Of a stretch of DNA of 55,550 nucleotides, positions 38,853 through 48,684 are shown in pieces. A model generated the notes under the pieces. It saw only the letters and a program-made list of their open reading frames with translations, was not told the origin of the DNA and ran no database searches. Location of the stretch: the IMG/VR virus record IMGVR_UViG_3300010885_003339, one strand, 5' to 3'. The stretch is from an uncultured virus (IMG/VR IMGVR_UViG_3300010885_003339) (taxonomy: Duplodnaviria > Heunggongvirae > Uroviricota > Caudoviricetes). The position numbers and the translations under genes are program-made. How positions within the stretch are numbered: the stretch's first letter is position 1; each line of letters begins with the position of its first letter.

Positions 38853-40299
38853 GTTATCGATATATAACATCAATGAGGTTTATGTTGGTATAGATTGCCC
38901 TGAAGGAGCATCATATGAACTCCGTGAGCATTTTACACTTCAAGTTCCTGGTTATCAATTTACACCTCAATACCGTAACAAACTGTGGGATGGTAAGATA
39001 AGATTATGGGATACAAGAAGTCGTAGAATCTATAGAGGTCTTGTTCCATACATTGTCAAGTTTTGTGAAGAGCGTGACTATGAGTGGGAGTATGATAATG
39101 AGGTTTATGATGAAGAGTTTTCGTTAAGTGAGGCCGAACAATTCTTCACGAAGTTAAACCTTCCTGAGAAGTATAAACCAAGGGACTATCAAATTGACGC
39201 TTTCGTTCACGCTGTTCGCACTCGCCGTAGTCTGCTTCTCTCTCCTACTGCTTCTGGTAAGTCGCTCATCATTTACTTACTTGTGCGCTATTACTCATCT
39301 CGGACTCTTATTATTGTTCCAACTATTTCTCTTGTCAGTCAGTTGGCTACTGATTTTGCCGATTATGGTTTTGAAAGTGATCGCTTTGTTCACCGTATCT
39401 ATGGCGGAGAAGATAAACAGACAAATAAACCAATCACCATCTCTACATGGCAGTCGCTCTATAAACTCCCTAAAAAATATTTCGAACAATTTGATGTGAT
39501 CATCGGTGATGAAGCGCATCTCTTTAAAGCTAAGTCACTGGCCAGCATCATGGAGAACCTTGCAAATTCAAAGTATAGATTTGGATTTACAGGGACATTA
39601 GATGGTACTAAGACACACAAGCTAGTTCTCGAAGGCCTATTTGGCACTGTTCGTAAGGTAACAACTACCAAAGAACTTATGACACAGGGTCATGTTGCAG
39701 ATTTCATTATTAAGTGTTTGTTGCTGAAACATGGCGATAGTATTTGTCAAGCCGCTAAGAACTTCACATATCCTCAAGAGATTGAATATCTAGTCCTTAA
39801 TGAATCCAGAAACAAGTTTATATCTAATCTAGCCTTATCTCTCGAAGGTAATACACTTGTTCTGTATCAGTTTGTCGATAAGCATGGTGTCATTCTCCAT
39901 GATATTATAAATAAAGCATCAACTGGTCAGAGAGTGTTCTTTGTGTCTGGTAATGTCGATGGTGAAGCTAGAGAAGAGATTAGAAAGATTGTTGAGGGAG
40001 AAACTAATGCTATCATCGTAGCATCATACGGAACCTTCTCGACTGGTATCAATATTAAGAATCTACATAACATCATCTTCGCCTCGCCTTCTAAATCAAG
40101 AGTTCGTAATCTACAGTCAATCGGTCGTGGTCTACGCATATCAGAAACTAAAACTTCTGCAACTCTATTTGATATAGCAGATGATCTAAGACACAAGAAA
40201 CATGAGAACTTCACCCTGAAACACTTTTCAGAACGCATAAAAATTTATAGTGAAGAGAAGTTTGATTTTAGAATCTACAAGATAGAACTCAAAGGATAA
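38842..40299 (+). CDS. uvsW: SF2 DNA/RNA helicase
   Basis: WDGKIRL, PRDYQ, SPTASGKS, GDEAH, QSIGRGLR. Confidence 0.95.
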   Translation: MVDKLSIYNINEVYVGIDCPEGASYELREHFTLQVPGYQFTPQYRNKLWDGKIRLWDTRSRRIYRGLVPYIVKFCEERDYEWEYDNEVYDEEFSLSEAEQFFTKLNLPEKYKPRDYQIDAFVHAVRTRRSLLLSPTASGKSLIIYLLVRYYSSRTLIIVPTISLVSQLATDFADYGFESDRFVHRIYGGEDKQTNKPITISTWQSLYKLPKKYFEQFDVIIGDEAHLFKAKSLASIMENLANSKYRFGFTGTLDGTKTHKLVLEGLFGTVRKVTTTKELMTQGHVADFIIKCLLLKHGDSICQAAKNFTYPQEIEYLVLNESRNKFISNLALSLEGNTLVLYQFVDKHGVILHDIINKASTGQRVFFVSGNVDGEAREEIRKIVEGETNAIIVASYGTFSTGINIKNLHNIIFASPSKSRVRNLQSIGRGLRISETKTSATLFDIADDLRHKKHENFTLKHFSERIKIYSEEKFDFRIYKIELKG

Positions 40300-40303
40300 G
40301 ACC

Positions 40304-40768
40304 ATGGAATTAGAACAGTCTGTCAAGTTTGTTAGAATGACCTCAGGTGAAGATTTGATCTCTCAGATCACCGAAGTGAAATCGGATGATGATTCGGAGA
40401 GCTATTATATACTAACAAACCCCATGAGACTAACATATTCTGTTGGTGGTTCTAATAGACCTGGAATGTTTTCTATCAATCTCATGCAATGGGTTTTCAA
40501 TAGAATCTGTGAAGATCAAGACTTCACCATCTATCCTGTAGATATTCTCACCATTGGTAATCCTACAGATGATATGATAGAATATTATTGGGATTGTGTT
40601 GATAACTTTGAGAAAATGAAAGAGAAGAATAAGAATAACACCGAATACGTCAAACCTTCTGATGGTGAAGAAGAGTTTGAGGAGTTTGTTGATGATACTG
40701 AAAGTCTGGAACTCCTAAAGAATTTACTGGAAGGTATCAACAAACCTTTGAAAGGAACGTTACACTGA
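40304..40768 (+). CDS. Hypothetical protein (Sm-like N-terminus)
   Basis: KFVRMTSGEDLIS..LTNPM; typical gene between uvsW and gp55. Confidence 0.6.
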   Translation: MELEQSVKFVRMTSGEDLISQITEVKSDDDSESYYILTNPMRLTYSVGGSNRPGMFSINLMQWVFNRICEDQDFTIYPVDILTIGNPTDDMIEYYWDCVDNFEKMKEKNKNNTEYVKPSDGEEEFEEFVDDTESLELLKNLLEGINKPLKGTLH

Positions 40769-41046
40769 TGGTTGAGAAGAACAAATACCTTATCGAAGAA
40801 GGTGCATACGATTTCGGATTCACCTTCTCTAATGAAGAAGATATCGTAGCTACTCACACTGAGTATGCATCAATGTCTGAACAGGTAGAGGATTTGAAAG
40901 AGAGACTCTATGCTCTCAATAAGATATTCTTACCTCTACTGGAGAATCTTATTAAAGACCCTGATAAACCTATGATCAAATGGCCTAATAGGAAAGAGGT
41001 TATTGAGAAACAGATTAAGAAGCTGAAACAAATCACTAACATCTAA
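40768..41046 (+). CDS. Hypothetical protein
   Basis: DFGFTF..E, PLLENL.KDPDK..IKWPNR. Confidence 0.6.
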   Translation: MVEKNKYLIEEGAYDFGFTFSNEEDIVATHTEYASMSEQVEDLKERLYALNKIFLPLLENLIKDPDKPMIKWPNRKEVIEKQIKKLKQITNI

Positions 41047-41085
41047 CCAAACCATTACACTATTTCATTAACGGAGGACATAGCA

Positions 41086-41114
41086 GTTATAGCACAATGT
41101 CAACCAGTTGTCAA
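41086..41114 (-). promoter_or_regulatory. Antisense sigma70-like promoter
   Basis: Minus strand reads TTGACA (41114-41109)-N17-TATAAC (41091-41086) in the uvsW-gp55 spacer. Confidence 0.65.
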
Positions 41115-41124
41115 GAGGTATTTC

Positions 41125-41718
41125 ATGATTAAGCCAAAAAAAGTTCATTATGTTGATAATCAGAAGTTTTATCAAGCCATTGTTGAGTATCGTCAGAAGC
41201 TTCAGGATGCTAGAACTGAAGGTCTTCAAGATCCTAGAATACCAAACTATATCGGTGAATGTATTTGGAAGATTGCGGACAAGTTGTCAACCAAACCTTG
41301 CTTCATGAACTACTCATATCGTGATGAGATGATTTCAGATGGTATAGAGAATTGTATCATGTATTTTAAGGATTATGATCCAGTTAAAGGTCAGAATCCT
41401 TTTGCATACTTCACACAGGTCATTTACTATGCTTTCATTCGTCGAATCAGTAAAGAAGAAAAGAATCGCTATATAATCTATAAGAACTTCCAAAACGTTC
41501 TATGCAGCACTGATATGAGAGTTTTGGTAGATCATGAAGATAAGCACTTGCTTCCTTCTCAAATGTATGATAATATAAATGACTTCATGAGTAGGTTTGA
41601 GAAGAAGGAAGAAGCGAAGAAAGCAAAGCGCAAGTTGATGAAAGAAAATAACTTGCTGAAGTTTTATGAGGAAAAAGAAAATGAAGGAAGAGTTTCCGAA
41701 CATACCCTTTCAGGTTGA
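41125..41718 (+). CDS. gp55: Late-transcription sigma factor
   Basis: HYVDN..F, NYSYRDEMISDGIENC, NPFAYFTQ..YYAF.RRI.KE. Confidence 0.95.
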   Translation: MIKPKKVHYVDNQKFYQAIVEYRQKLQDARTEGLQDPRIPNYIGECIWKIADKLSTKPCFMNYSYRDEMISDGIENCIMYFKDYDPVKGQNPFAYFTQVIYYAFIRRISKEEKNRYIIYKNFQNVLCSTDMRVLVDHEDKHLLPSQMYDNINDFMSRFEKKEEAKKAKRKLMKENNLLKFYEEKENEGRVSEHTLSG

Positions 41719-41875
41719 GAACCTAATCGAGAATATGATGGACAAGAATGAACGCCCACACATTCGAGATAACTATCGATCAAGATTGGAATATATTAGA
41801 ACAGCGATTGATCAAAATATCCGTAAGTATGATAACGATGCAATGATGCATGGTGGTGGAAAGAAGAGAGCATAA
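41681..41875 (+). CDS. Hypothetical protein
   Basis: [11 protein letters not shown].....IRDNYR.RLE.I; probable ATG at 41681. Confidence 0.55.
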   Translation: MKEEFPNIPFQVENLIENMMDKNERPHIRDNYRSRLEYIRTAIDQNIRKYDNDAMMHGGGKKRA

Positions 41876-41876
41876 C

Positions 41877-42953
41877 TTGAAAGTAGCTATTATCACAGAT
41901 ACACACTGGGGAATCAGAAATGATTCTCCAGTTTTTTACGATTACTTTAAGAAATCCTTAGAGCAATTCTGGCAAGTCATTCAAGATGAGGATGTTAAAT
42001 ATATTCTACATCTAGGTGATCTATTTGATCGTCGTAAGTATTTGAACTTCATGACGGCCAAACGTTGCCGTGAGGACTTCTTGGAGCCTATCGAGAGACT
42101 GAAGATACCCACAATGATCGCCTGTGGTAACCATGATGTGTTCTACAAGAACACCAATGATGTAAACGCACTGGACGAAATCTTAGGTGATAGATATGAA
42201 TATATTAGACACTTTAAAAAACCTGAACTTGTCAACATCGATGGCTTGGATGTCCAACTTATACCGTGGATTACCGAGTCGAACTACGATGAATCAATGG
42301 AAGCAATCAAGCACTCAAAAGCTGAAATCCTTATGGGACACCTCGAACTTAACGGCTTCGAAATGTTTAGAGGTAGTATCTCGGACCACGGCTTATCTGC
42401 TAATCTCTTTGATCGCTATGATATGGTTATGTCTGGTCATTATCATCATAAGTCCACTACTAGGAATATTCATTACCTTGGTGCTTTTGCTGAGTATACA
42501 TGGAGTGATTATAACGATCCTAGAGGGTTTCATATCTTCGACACCCAAACAAGACAAATGACCTTCCATAAGAACCCGCATAACATCTTTAAGATGATGG
42601 CCTATGATGATGTGAAGAACCCTAACATTCTACAGGACATTCAGGCTAAAGACTATAGTGCCTTTGCTGGTTGTTATGTGAAGATTGTCTGTGTGAACAA
42701 GACTAATCCATACTCGTTTGATATGTTACTAGATAAGCTATATCAGGTCTCGCCTCTAGATATCTCTATCATCGAAGATGTTTCAGCATTCAAGGACAAT
42801 GAAGAGGACTCTGAGATTGATCAGGCTGAAGATACGGTAACCATTCTATCAAAGTATATTGATGGCTTGACATTACCTGTAGAAACTGATAAGATGAAGT
42901 CTTATATGAAAGATATCTATACGGAAGCTTTACAAGTGGAGTTTGCTGAATGA
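41877..42953 (+). CDS. gp47: Recombination nuclease, Mre11/SbcD-like
   Basis: ITDTHWG, LGDLFD, GNHD, SGHYH phosphoesterase motifs; probable TTG start at 41877. Confidence 0.93.
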   Translation: MKVAIITDTHWGIRNDSPVFYDYFKKSLEQFWQVIQDEDVKYILHLGDLFDRRKYLNFMTAKRCREDFLEPIERLKIPTMIACGNHDVFYKNTNDVNALDEILGDRYEYIRHFKKPELVNIDGLDVQLIPWITESNYDESMEAIKHSKAEILMGHLELNGFEMFRGSISDHGLSANLFDRYDMVMSGHYHHKSTTRNIHYLGAFAEYTWSDYNDPRGFHIFDTQTRQMTFHKNPHNIFKMMAYDDVKNPNILQDIQAKDYSAFAGCYVKIVCVNKTNPYSFDMLLDKLYQVSPLDISIIEDVSAFKDNEEDSEIDQAEDTVTILSKYIDGLTLPVETDKMKSYMKDIYTEALQVEFAE

Positions 42954-43213
42954 CGAAGGTGATTGTAAGACCTGAAACGACTACTCATGTCCTAGATTTC
43001 ATGTTTCATATGATCAAAGATAAAGAAGAGGCAAAGAATGTTGCTGATCTTATCGGTGACAAACAGATTTTTCATGTAGCAAGAGGTGTCGATCCTGACA
43101 CCTTTCAACCCATCCTTTACTTCGCTATTCCTGAAGATAACACTCCGTTCAATGCTTGGTTGAAATATGGCTCTACGATGGAACTATTGGTAAAATCTGA
43201 TGATACTGTTTGA
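42950..43213 (+). CDS. Hypothetical protein
   Basis: 87-aa ORF overlapping the ends of gp47 and gp46. Confidence 0.55.
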   Translation: MTKVIVRPETTTHVLDFMFHMIKDKEEAKNVADLIGDKQIFHVARGVDPDTFQPILYFAIPEDNTPFNAWLKYGSTMELLVKSDDTV

Positions 43214-44915
43214 AAAGATTCGATGGAAGAACCTGCTATCAACAGGTAACATCTTTACAGAGATCAAGCTCAATGAAACGTCTAACTCCCTAGTCATTGG
43301 CGACAACGGAGCAGGAAAGTCTACAATACTAGACGCACTGTGCTTTGCTCTTTTTGGTAAAGCCTTTCGTAAGATTAACAAGCCGGCTCTGGTCAACTCA
43401 GTCAACACTAAGGAGTGTGTGGTTGAGATTGAGTTTAAGACTAATGGTAAAGCCTATAAGATTATTCGCGGTATCAAACCGAATGTCTTTGAAATCTACT
43501 GCGAAGGTATTGTCATCAATCAAGACTCGGCTTCTAGAGACTATCAAGAACATCTAGAAAAATTCATACTCAAGATGAACTATAAGTCTTTCACTCAGAT
43601 TGTTATTCTGGGTTCGGCTTCGTTTACTCCTTTCATGCAGTTGTCGGCTAATGATCGTAGAACTGTCATTGAAGATTTGCTTGACATTCAAATCTTCTCT
43701 ATCATGAGCAACATCACTAAACAGAGATCAAGCACCAATAAAGACTTGATTGAACGTAATAGACTGAATCTTTCTGCTAAAGAAGATATGAAGTCTTACA
43801 TTGAAAAGAGCATCGTCAGTCTGAAGAAGAATAATGAGGACAAGAAGAATGTCTTGCTTTCACAAAAAGAAGATCATGAACAATCGATCATCACCCACAA
43901 AGAAGAAGTTCGTTCCCTTGACGAGAGGCTCACTGGCCTTCTTGAACAGGCCGGTGAAAAAGCGAAAAGTAAAGACAAGCACAAGAAACTGATTGCGCTA
44001 CAATCAAAGATTGAATCTAATTCGAATAGAATTGAATCTGAAATCTCCTTCTATTGTGATAATGACACTTGCCCAACTTGTCATCAATCTATTGACAGTG
44101 GCTTCAAAGCTGAGGCGGTTGATAGTAATACCAAAAAACTCGAAGAACTCTCTCAAGGTCTCAGAGATATTGGAGATCAAATCTCTATTTGTGTTACTAC
44201 CGTCAACGAATCTGATAAGCTTGTCGTAGAGGCCAGCAATGTAAAGAATCGCATAACATCGGTCAACGCCAACATTGCCAACTTGATTTCGCATATCAAT
44301 GATATTGAGGATCAGGTTGAACAGATTGATGGTTCAGATACGATGTTGATCGATAATGAGACTTCTCTCAAGACCATCTTTGAAGAGTTGGCTATACTCA
44401 ACAAAGAAAAGTATGACTTGCTGACAGAGAAAAAGTATATTGAGACTGCTATCAGTCTACTTAAAGATGGTGGTATCAAGACTAAGATCATCAAACAATA
44501 TCTTCCTATCATCAACAAACTGATCAACAAGTATCTTGCTCAGATGGGATTCTTCGTAAACTTCAACATCAACGAACAGTTCGAAGAGACTATCAAGAGC
44601 CGTTACCGTGATGACTTCTCATACCACAACTTCTCTGAAGGTGAGAAGATGCGTATCGACCTTGCTCTCCTTTTCACATGGAGAACGATAGCTAGAATGC
44701 GTAACTCGGTCAACACGAACCTCCTTATCCTCGATGAGGTTCTGGACGGTTCACTAGATACAAGTGGTACAGATGAGTTCCTGAAGATCATGTGGGATAT
44801 GCTCGGTGATACCAATACCTTTGTTATAAGCCATAAGACGGATACACTACTCGACAAGTTTCAGAAAGTGTATCGATTTGAGAAGCATAAGAATTTCTCT
44901 CGCCTTTCCGTCTAA
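43200..44915 (+). CDS. gp46: Recombination ATPase, Rad50/SbcC-like
   Basis: GDNGAGKST, CPTC zinc hook, FSEGEK signature, LLILDE, ISH. Confidence 0.95.
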   Translation: MILFEKIRWKNLLSTGNIFTEIKLNETSNSLVIGDNGAGKSTILDALCFALFGKAFRKINKPALVNSVNTKECVVEIEFKTNGKAYKIIRGIKPNVFEIYCEGIVINQDSASRDYQEHLEKFILKMNYKSFTQIVILGSASFTPFMQLSANDRRTVIEDLLDIQIFSIMSNITKQRSSTNKDLIERNRLNLSAKEDMKSYIEKSIVSLKKNNEDKKNVLLSQKEDHEQSIITHKEEVRSLDERLTGLLEQAGEKAKSKDKHKKLIALQSKIESNSNRIESEISFYCDNDTCPTCHQSIDSGFKAEAVDSNTKKLEELSQGLRDIGDQISICVTTVNESDKLVVEASNVKNRITSVNANIANLISHINDIEDQVEQIDGSDTMLIDNETSLKTIFEELAILNKEKYDLLTEKKYIETAISLLKDGGIKTKIIKQYLPIINKLINKYLAQMGFFVNFNINEQFEETIKSRYRDDFSYHNFSEGEKMRIDLALLFTWRTIARMRNSVNTNLLILDEVLDGSLDTSGTDEFLKIMWDMLGDTNTFVISHKTDTLLDKFQKVYRFEKHKNFSRLSV

Positions 44916-44954
44916 TCTGGTATATAATAGTATATTATTTGAAAGTGAGTAGGT

Positions 44955-46256
44955 ATGTCTGAAGAAATTGAAGAAGTTGAAATTGAAGAAGTAGCCGTCA
45001 AAGATCCGTTTCTCGAAAAGCAATGGGAAGATTGGCTTGCGGCCAATGATGTTACACAACTTCAAGCACCAACAGATGAAGAACTTCGTGATGCTGTCAT
45101 CCGTGATTTGCAACATGCATCTCAGATGACTGTCGGTGAATATACTTTGTTTCAAAAGTGGTGTGAGATTCAAGAACGATATCCTACACAAGAGATATCA
45201 ACACTCTTTGGTGAAGAAGTCCAGATGGACAAAGACCAAGAGATGTTCATCAAGGGTATTAAAGACAATATCTGGATTCCTAAATCACCAGAAGATTATC
45301 TCGAACTTCAGCCTGAACTAATTTACACCAAAGATTCAGAAATGTCTGAAACATGGAACGGCATCCGCACCTTTACCTCTACCATGAAGAACAATTCTAA
45401 CATTGGTCGAAACCTTAACTATATCGTGATCGACCGCAAGTCTGGTAAATATCTTGGTGTCATGTGCATCTCATCTGACTTCCTTGATTTGACTCCTCGT
45501 GATCAATATATTGGTTGGGAACGTGAGAAGAAAACTCAGGGTCATATGATCAACTACACCGCTATTGGTTCGACCATCGTGCCGTTGCAACCTCTTGGTT
45601 ATAACTATGTTGGTGGTAAACTCTTGGCCTTGCTGTGTCTGTCTGATGAGGTTCAATATCAGTGGAAGAAACAATATGGTGATGTTCTGGCTGGTGTGAC
45701 AACCACTTCACTATATGGTATGAAGAAGCAAGGCGGTCTCAGCCAGTATGATAACCTGAAGCACTGGAAGAAGATGGGCTATTCGTCTGGTTCAGTCTCA
45801 TATGAAACAACCAAGCCTACAGTAACAATGATTCGTGATTGGCTGAAGAAGAACCATACTCGTAAGTATTTCGAATGGTATTCGGCTAAGAAGCAAAGTG
45901 GTCAGCCATATAAACGTGACCATAAGAATCGTTCATATACTTTCACATACAGTAAGTTGAGCATACCTAAAGAGTTGATTCGATCTGAACATCAACGCGG
46001 AATCTATTTCTCACCATTGTATAACAATACGAATGATTTCCTCTGTGGTAAGATCGGCGAAAAAGATTTGGTTAAGTCTTTCGATACTTCATATGAATAC
46101 CTGACTACACTCTGGAAAGAGAAGTATGCCGCTAAACGTATTCGTAATCTACAAGAGACTGATCGAGTTTCTACTGAAACGTTGTTCTATGATGATCAGA
46201 TATACTTGAAGTGGGAAGAAGTTAAGGAAAAGTATCTAGGTCAGGTTGGTCGATGA
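44955..46256 (+). CDS. DUF4338 (Druantia DruA-like) domain protein
   Basis: GRNL.YIV.D..SGKYLG, RDQYIGW, GGKLLALL, TTTSLYG, SQY..L..WK.MG.S.G motifs. Confidence 0.65.
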   Translation: MSEEIEEVEIEEVAVKDPFLEKQWEDWLAANDVTQLQAPTDEELRDAVIRDLQHASQMTVGEYTLFQKWCEIQERYPTQEISTLFGEEVQMDKDQEMFIKGIKDNIWIPKSPEDYLELQPELIYTKDSEMSETWNGIRTFTSTMKNNSNIGRNLNYIVIDRKSGKYLGVMCISSDFLDLTPRDQYIGWEREKKTQGHMINYTAIGSTIVPLQPLGYNYVGGKLLALLCLSDEVQYQWKKQYGDVLAGVTTTSLYGMKKQGGLSQYDNLKHWKKMGYSSGSVSYETTKPTVTMIRDWLKKNHTRKYFEWYSAKKQSGQPYKRDHKNRSYTFTYSKLSIPKELIRSEHQRGIYFSPLYNNTNDFLCGKIGEKDLVKSFDTSYEYLTTLWKEKYAAKRIRNLQETDRVSTETLFYDDQIYLKWEEVKEKYLGQVGR

Positions 46257-46257
46257 T

Positions 46258-46286
46258 TTGCTATTCCGTAAAAGTTGATGTATAAT
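46258..46286 (+). promoter_or_regulatory. sigma70-like promoter
   Basis: TTGCTA-N17-TATAAT. Confidence 0.55.
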
Positions 46287-46290
46287 CCAA

Positions 46291-46314
46291 GGGTTGGTGA
46301 AAACCAGCCTTTTT
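46291..46314 (+). terminator. Intrinsic terminator
   Basis: GGGTTGGT-GAAA-ACCAGCCT stem (with G-U pairs) plus T tract. Confidence 0.7.
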
Positions 46315-46359
46315 CATTTGGTATGCGTTGGATGCAGGTCTAGTATTCTCTTTTTGTAG

Positions 46360-46387
46360 TTGACTTTACCTCCATCTCCGTTATACT
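46360..46387 (+). promoter_or_regulatory. sigma70-like early promoter
   Basis: TTGACT-N16-TATACT upstream of GAGG SD and ATG 46412. Confidence 0.6.
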
Positions 46388-46411
46388 GAAGGCATAATCA
46401 ATGAGGGTCTT

Positions 46412-48625
46412 ATGTCGGAACAGAACATCCAGTCCAAATCGCAATTAGCCAAGCTGCTGGCGACCGAGAACATCTCGTTCCAGCATGATCCTTCGGCTCG
46501 AACTGCCTACTTTGACGTTAAAAACCGTATCTTGGTTCTTCCAGTTTGGCAGAACATTTCAAACGACCTTTATGATATGTTGGTCGTTCATGAGGTGGGC
46601 CATGCTCTTGATACACCGGCTGATGGCTGGATGAATGCCATTGATAGCATTGCTCAGAATGTCCACGGTTCGAAAAACCAAAAGTATCAAAGTGCTATCA
46701 AAGGCTTCCTCAATGTTGTTGAAGATGCCCGTATCGATAAGCGCCAGAAGCGCCGGTATCCAGGTGCCAAGCGTAACTACATTGTTGGCTACAAAGAACT
46801 GATCGAACGTGACTTCTTTGGCACTTCCAAAAAGAATGCCAATGATATGTCTTTCATCGACCGCTTGAATATGTATTTCAAGGGCGGTTCAATGGGCACC
46901 TTGGGTCGTATCATCTTCAGTAAAGAAGAAGCACCTTTCGTCAAGCGGGTTGAAAACGCCGAGACCTTCGAAGATGTTGTCGCCTTGACCGAAGAGATTT
47001 ATCGTTTCTCGAAGGACAAAGGCGAAGAACAGCAACAGCAGATGGAAGATTTCCGTATGGCTGAAGGCGAAGAAGATGGTGATGACCTCGAAGAAGGTGA
47101 TGACTTCGATTTTGATGATGATGTAGAAGAAACCGAAACCGATGGTTCTGGTTCTGATGAAGGTGACTCCGAAGATGAGTCTGAGGAAGAAGATGGTTCA
47201 CCTTCTGATAAGAAGGATGAACCTAAAGATTCCGAAGAAGAAGAAGAAAAAGGTCAAACCTCTAATGAAGGTGCTGGCCCTACCGATGGAGACTTTGTTC
47301 CTCAATCTGAGACTGAAAAGGCTTGGGAAGAAAACATCTCAAACATTGTCGCCGATGATAACATCAACTATATCTACATGAACCTTCCTAAACCTAATCT
47401 CGATAATATTGTTGATGATTATAAGATTGTTCTCAAGGCAATGGAAGCCGAACTCCTCTCTCGCGGTCCTGAAGCCTTCAAGACTGTTACTGAAGAATTT
47501 GGTAAGTTTAAGGCTGAAGAAAACTCCACCATTTCTTACATGGTGAAAGAATTTGAAAGCCGAAAATCTGCTGAGGCCTATTCGAAGATTTCGGTTGCTA
47601 AGACCGGTGTCATTGATACCAACAAGCTTCACTCTTATCGGTACAATGATGATATCTTCCGCCGCTTGGCTACTCTGCCTAACGGTAAAAACCACGGCTT
47701 CATCATGTTCCTCGATTGGTCTGGTTCTATGATCGACAACATGTCCAAGACCGTCAAGCAACTGATCAGCCTGACCATGTTCTGTAAGCGGGTTCAGATT
47801 CCGTTCGAAGTCTACTTCTTCCGTGACCCTTGCTATACTGACGGTGATCACATTAAAACTTCTTTCAATCCCGATCCAAAGGCGTTTAAGTTAAACAACT
47901 TCCGCTTGCGGAACATCCTTTCGTCTCGGATGAACCTGACGGAATTGAACAAGGCTTATAGTCTCTTGTGGTATGCGGGCCGCCGATATAGTGTTTATCG
48001 TTGTGATGCTATGAACGGCACGCCTCTCAACCAAGCTATCATTGCCGCTGAAGGTCTGGTTAATGATTTTCGCAAGCGGAACAAGCTGGAGATCGTCAAC
48101 ACGGTCTTTTTGACTGACGGTGATTCCAACTGCATTGGTTACCCTGATGTAAGTAATGCACCTTATAAACCAAAAGGTAACCGTTACATTCTAAAAGATG
48201 ATGTAATGAAAAAAGAATATAACCTCGGTAAGAGTTTGTATTCTGATGATGTAACCAACTCTTTACTTCGCATCTTGAAAGACCGCACAGGTTCAAACCT
48301 GATTGGTTTCTTCCTTGCTAGTGATAGTCTGCGTCACCTCGTGTATAAAATCTTCGGTTATGGCGCTGATATTACCAAATACACCGAAAGCTGGAAGAAA
48401 AACAAGTTCTTGCTTGTCCAATCTAAAGGTTATGATGACTACTACATCATCAATGCTAAAGAAATGGATATCTCGAAGCTTGACTACTCTATCGATACCG
48501 ACAACATGAGCCGCGCCAAGATGGCTAAGGAGTTCATGAAGTTTTCTGAAAAGAAGTCCGTGAACCGTGTCCTCTTGAGCCGTTTCATTGAAAAGATTTC
48601 TTCCCAAAGCAAGAAAGTGGCTTGA
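46412..48625 (+). CDS. Metallopeptidase-like plus vWA domain protein (CobT-like partner of MoxR AAA)
   Basis: HEVGH and NVVEDARI zincin motifs, acidic linker, FLDWSGSM MIDAS, GTPLN, LTDGD. Confidence 0.85.
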   Translation: MSEQNIQSKSQLAKLLATENISFQHDPSARTAYFDVKNRILVLPVWQNISNDLYDMLVVHEVGHALDTPADGWMNAIDSIAQNVHGSKNQKYQSAIKGFLNVVEDARIDKRQKRRYPGAKRNYIVGYKELIERDFFGTSKKNANDMSFIDRLNMYFKGGSMGTLGRIIFSKEEAPFVKRVENAETFEDVVALTEEIYRFSKDKGEEQQQQMEDFRMAEGEEDGDDLEEGDDFDFDDDVEETETDGSGSDEGDSEDESEEEDGSPSDKKDEPKDSEEEEEKGQTSNEGAGPTDGDFVPQSETEKAWEENISNIVADDNINYIYMNLPKPNLDNIVDDYKIVLKAMEAELLSRGPEAFKTVTEEFGKFKAEENSTISYMVKEFESRKSAEAYSKISVAKTGVIDTNKLHSYRYNDDIFRRLATLPNGKNHGFIMFLDWSGSMIDNMSKTVKQLISLTMFCKRVQIPFEVYFFRDPCYTDGDHIKTSFNPDPKAFKLNNFRLRNILSSRMNLTELNKAYSLLWYAGRRYSVYRCDAMNGTPLNQAIIAAEGLVNDFRKRNKLEIVNTVFLTDGDSNCIGYPDVSNAPYKPKGNRYILKDDVMKKEYNLGKSLYSDDVTNSLLRILKDRTGSNLIGFFLASDSLRHLVYKIFGYGADITKYTESWKKNKFLLVQSKGYDDYYIINAKEMDISKLDYSIDTDNMSRAKMAKEFMKFSEKKSVNRVLLSRFIEKISSQSKKVA

Positions 48626-48650
48626 CAAAGCCACCTTTACCGTCTATAAT
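48622..48650 (+). promoter_or_regulatory. Consensus sigma70 promoter with palindrome over the -35
   Basis: TTGACA-N17-TATAAT; GTGGCTT-GACA-AAGCCAC inverted repeat at 48617-48634. Confidence 0.8.
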
Positions 48651-48684
48651 ACATATATGATTGATTGAAACAGGGAAACTGACC

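Noticed and set aside
41850..41876. Upstream start codons given by the ORF track (41850 for gp47, 48661, 50002, 41666, 54173)
   Set aside because: SD position and family N-termini favour the downstream starts 41877, 48685, 50017, 41681 and 54179
24602..44915. Introns or inteins in gp17, gp20, gp23, uvsW or gp46
   Set aside because: The ORFs are uninterrupted and of ordinary length, with no intein terminal or LAGLIDADG motifs seen
44955..46256. Complete Druantia defence system
   Set aside because: No large DruE-type helicase or other dru genes are adjacent
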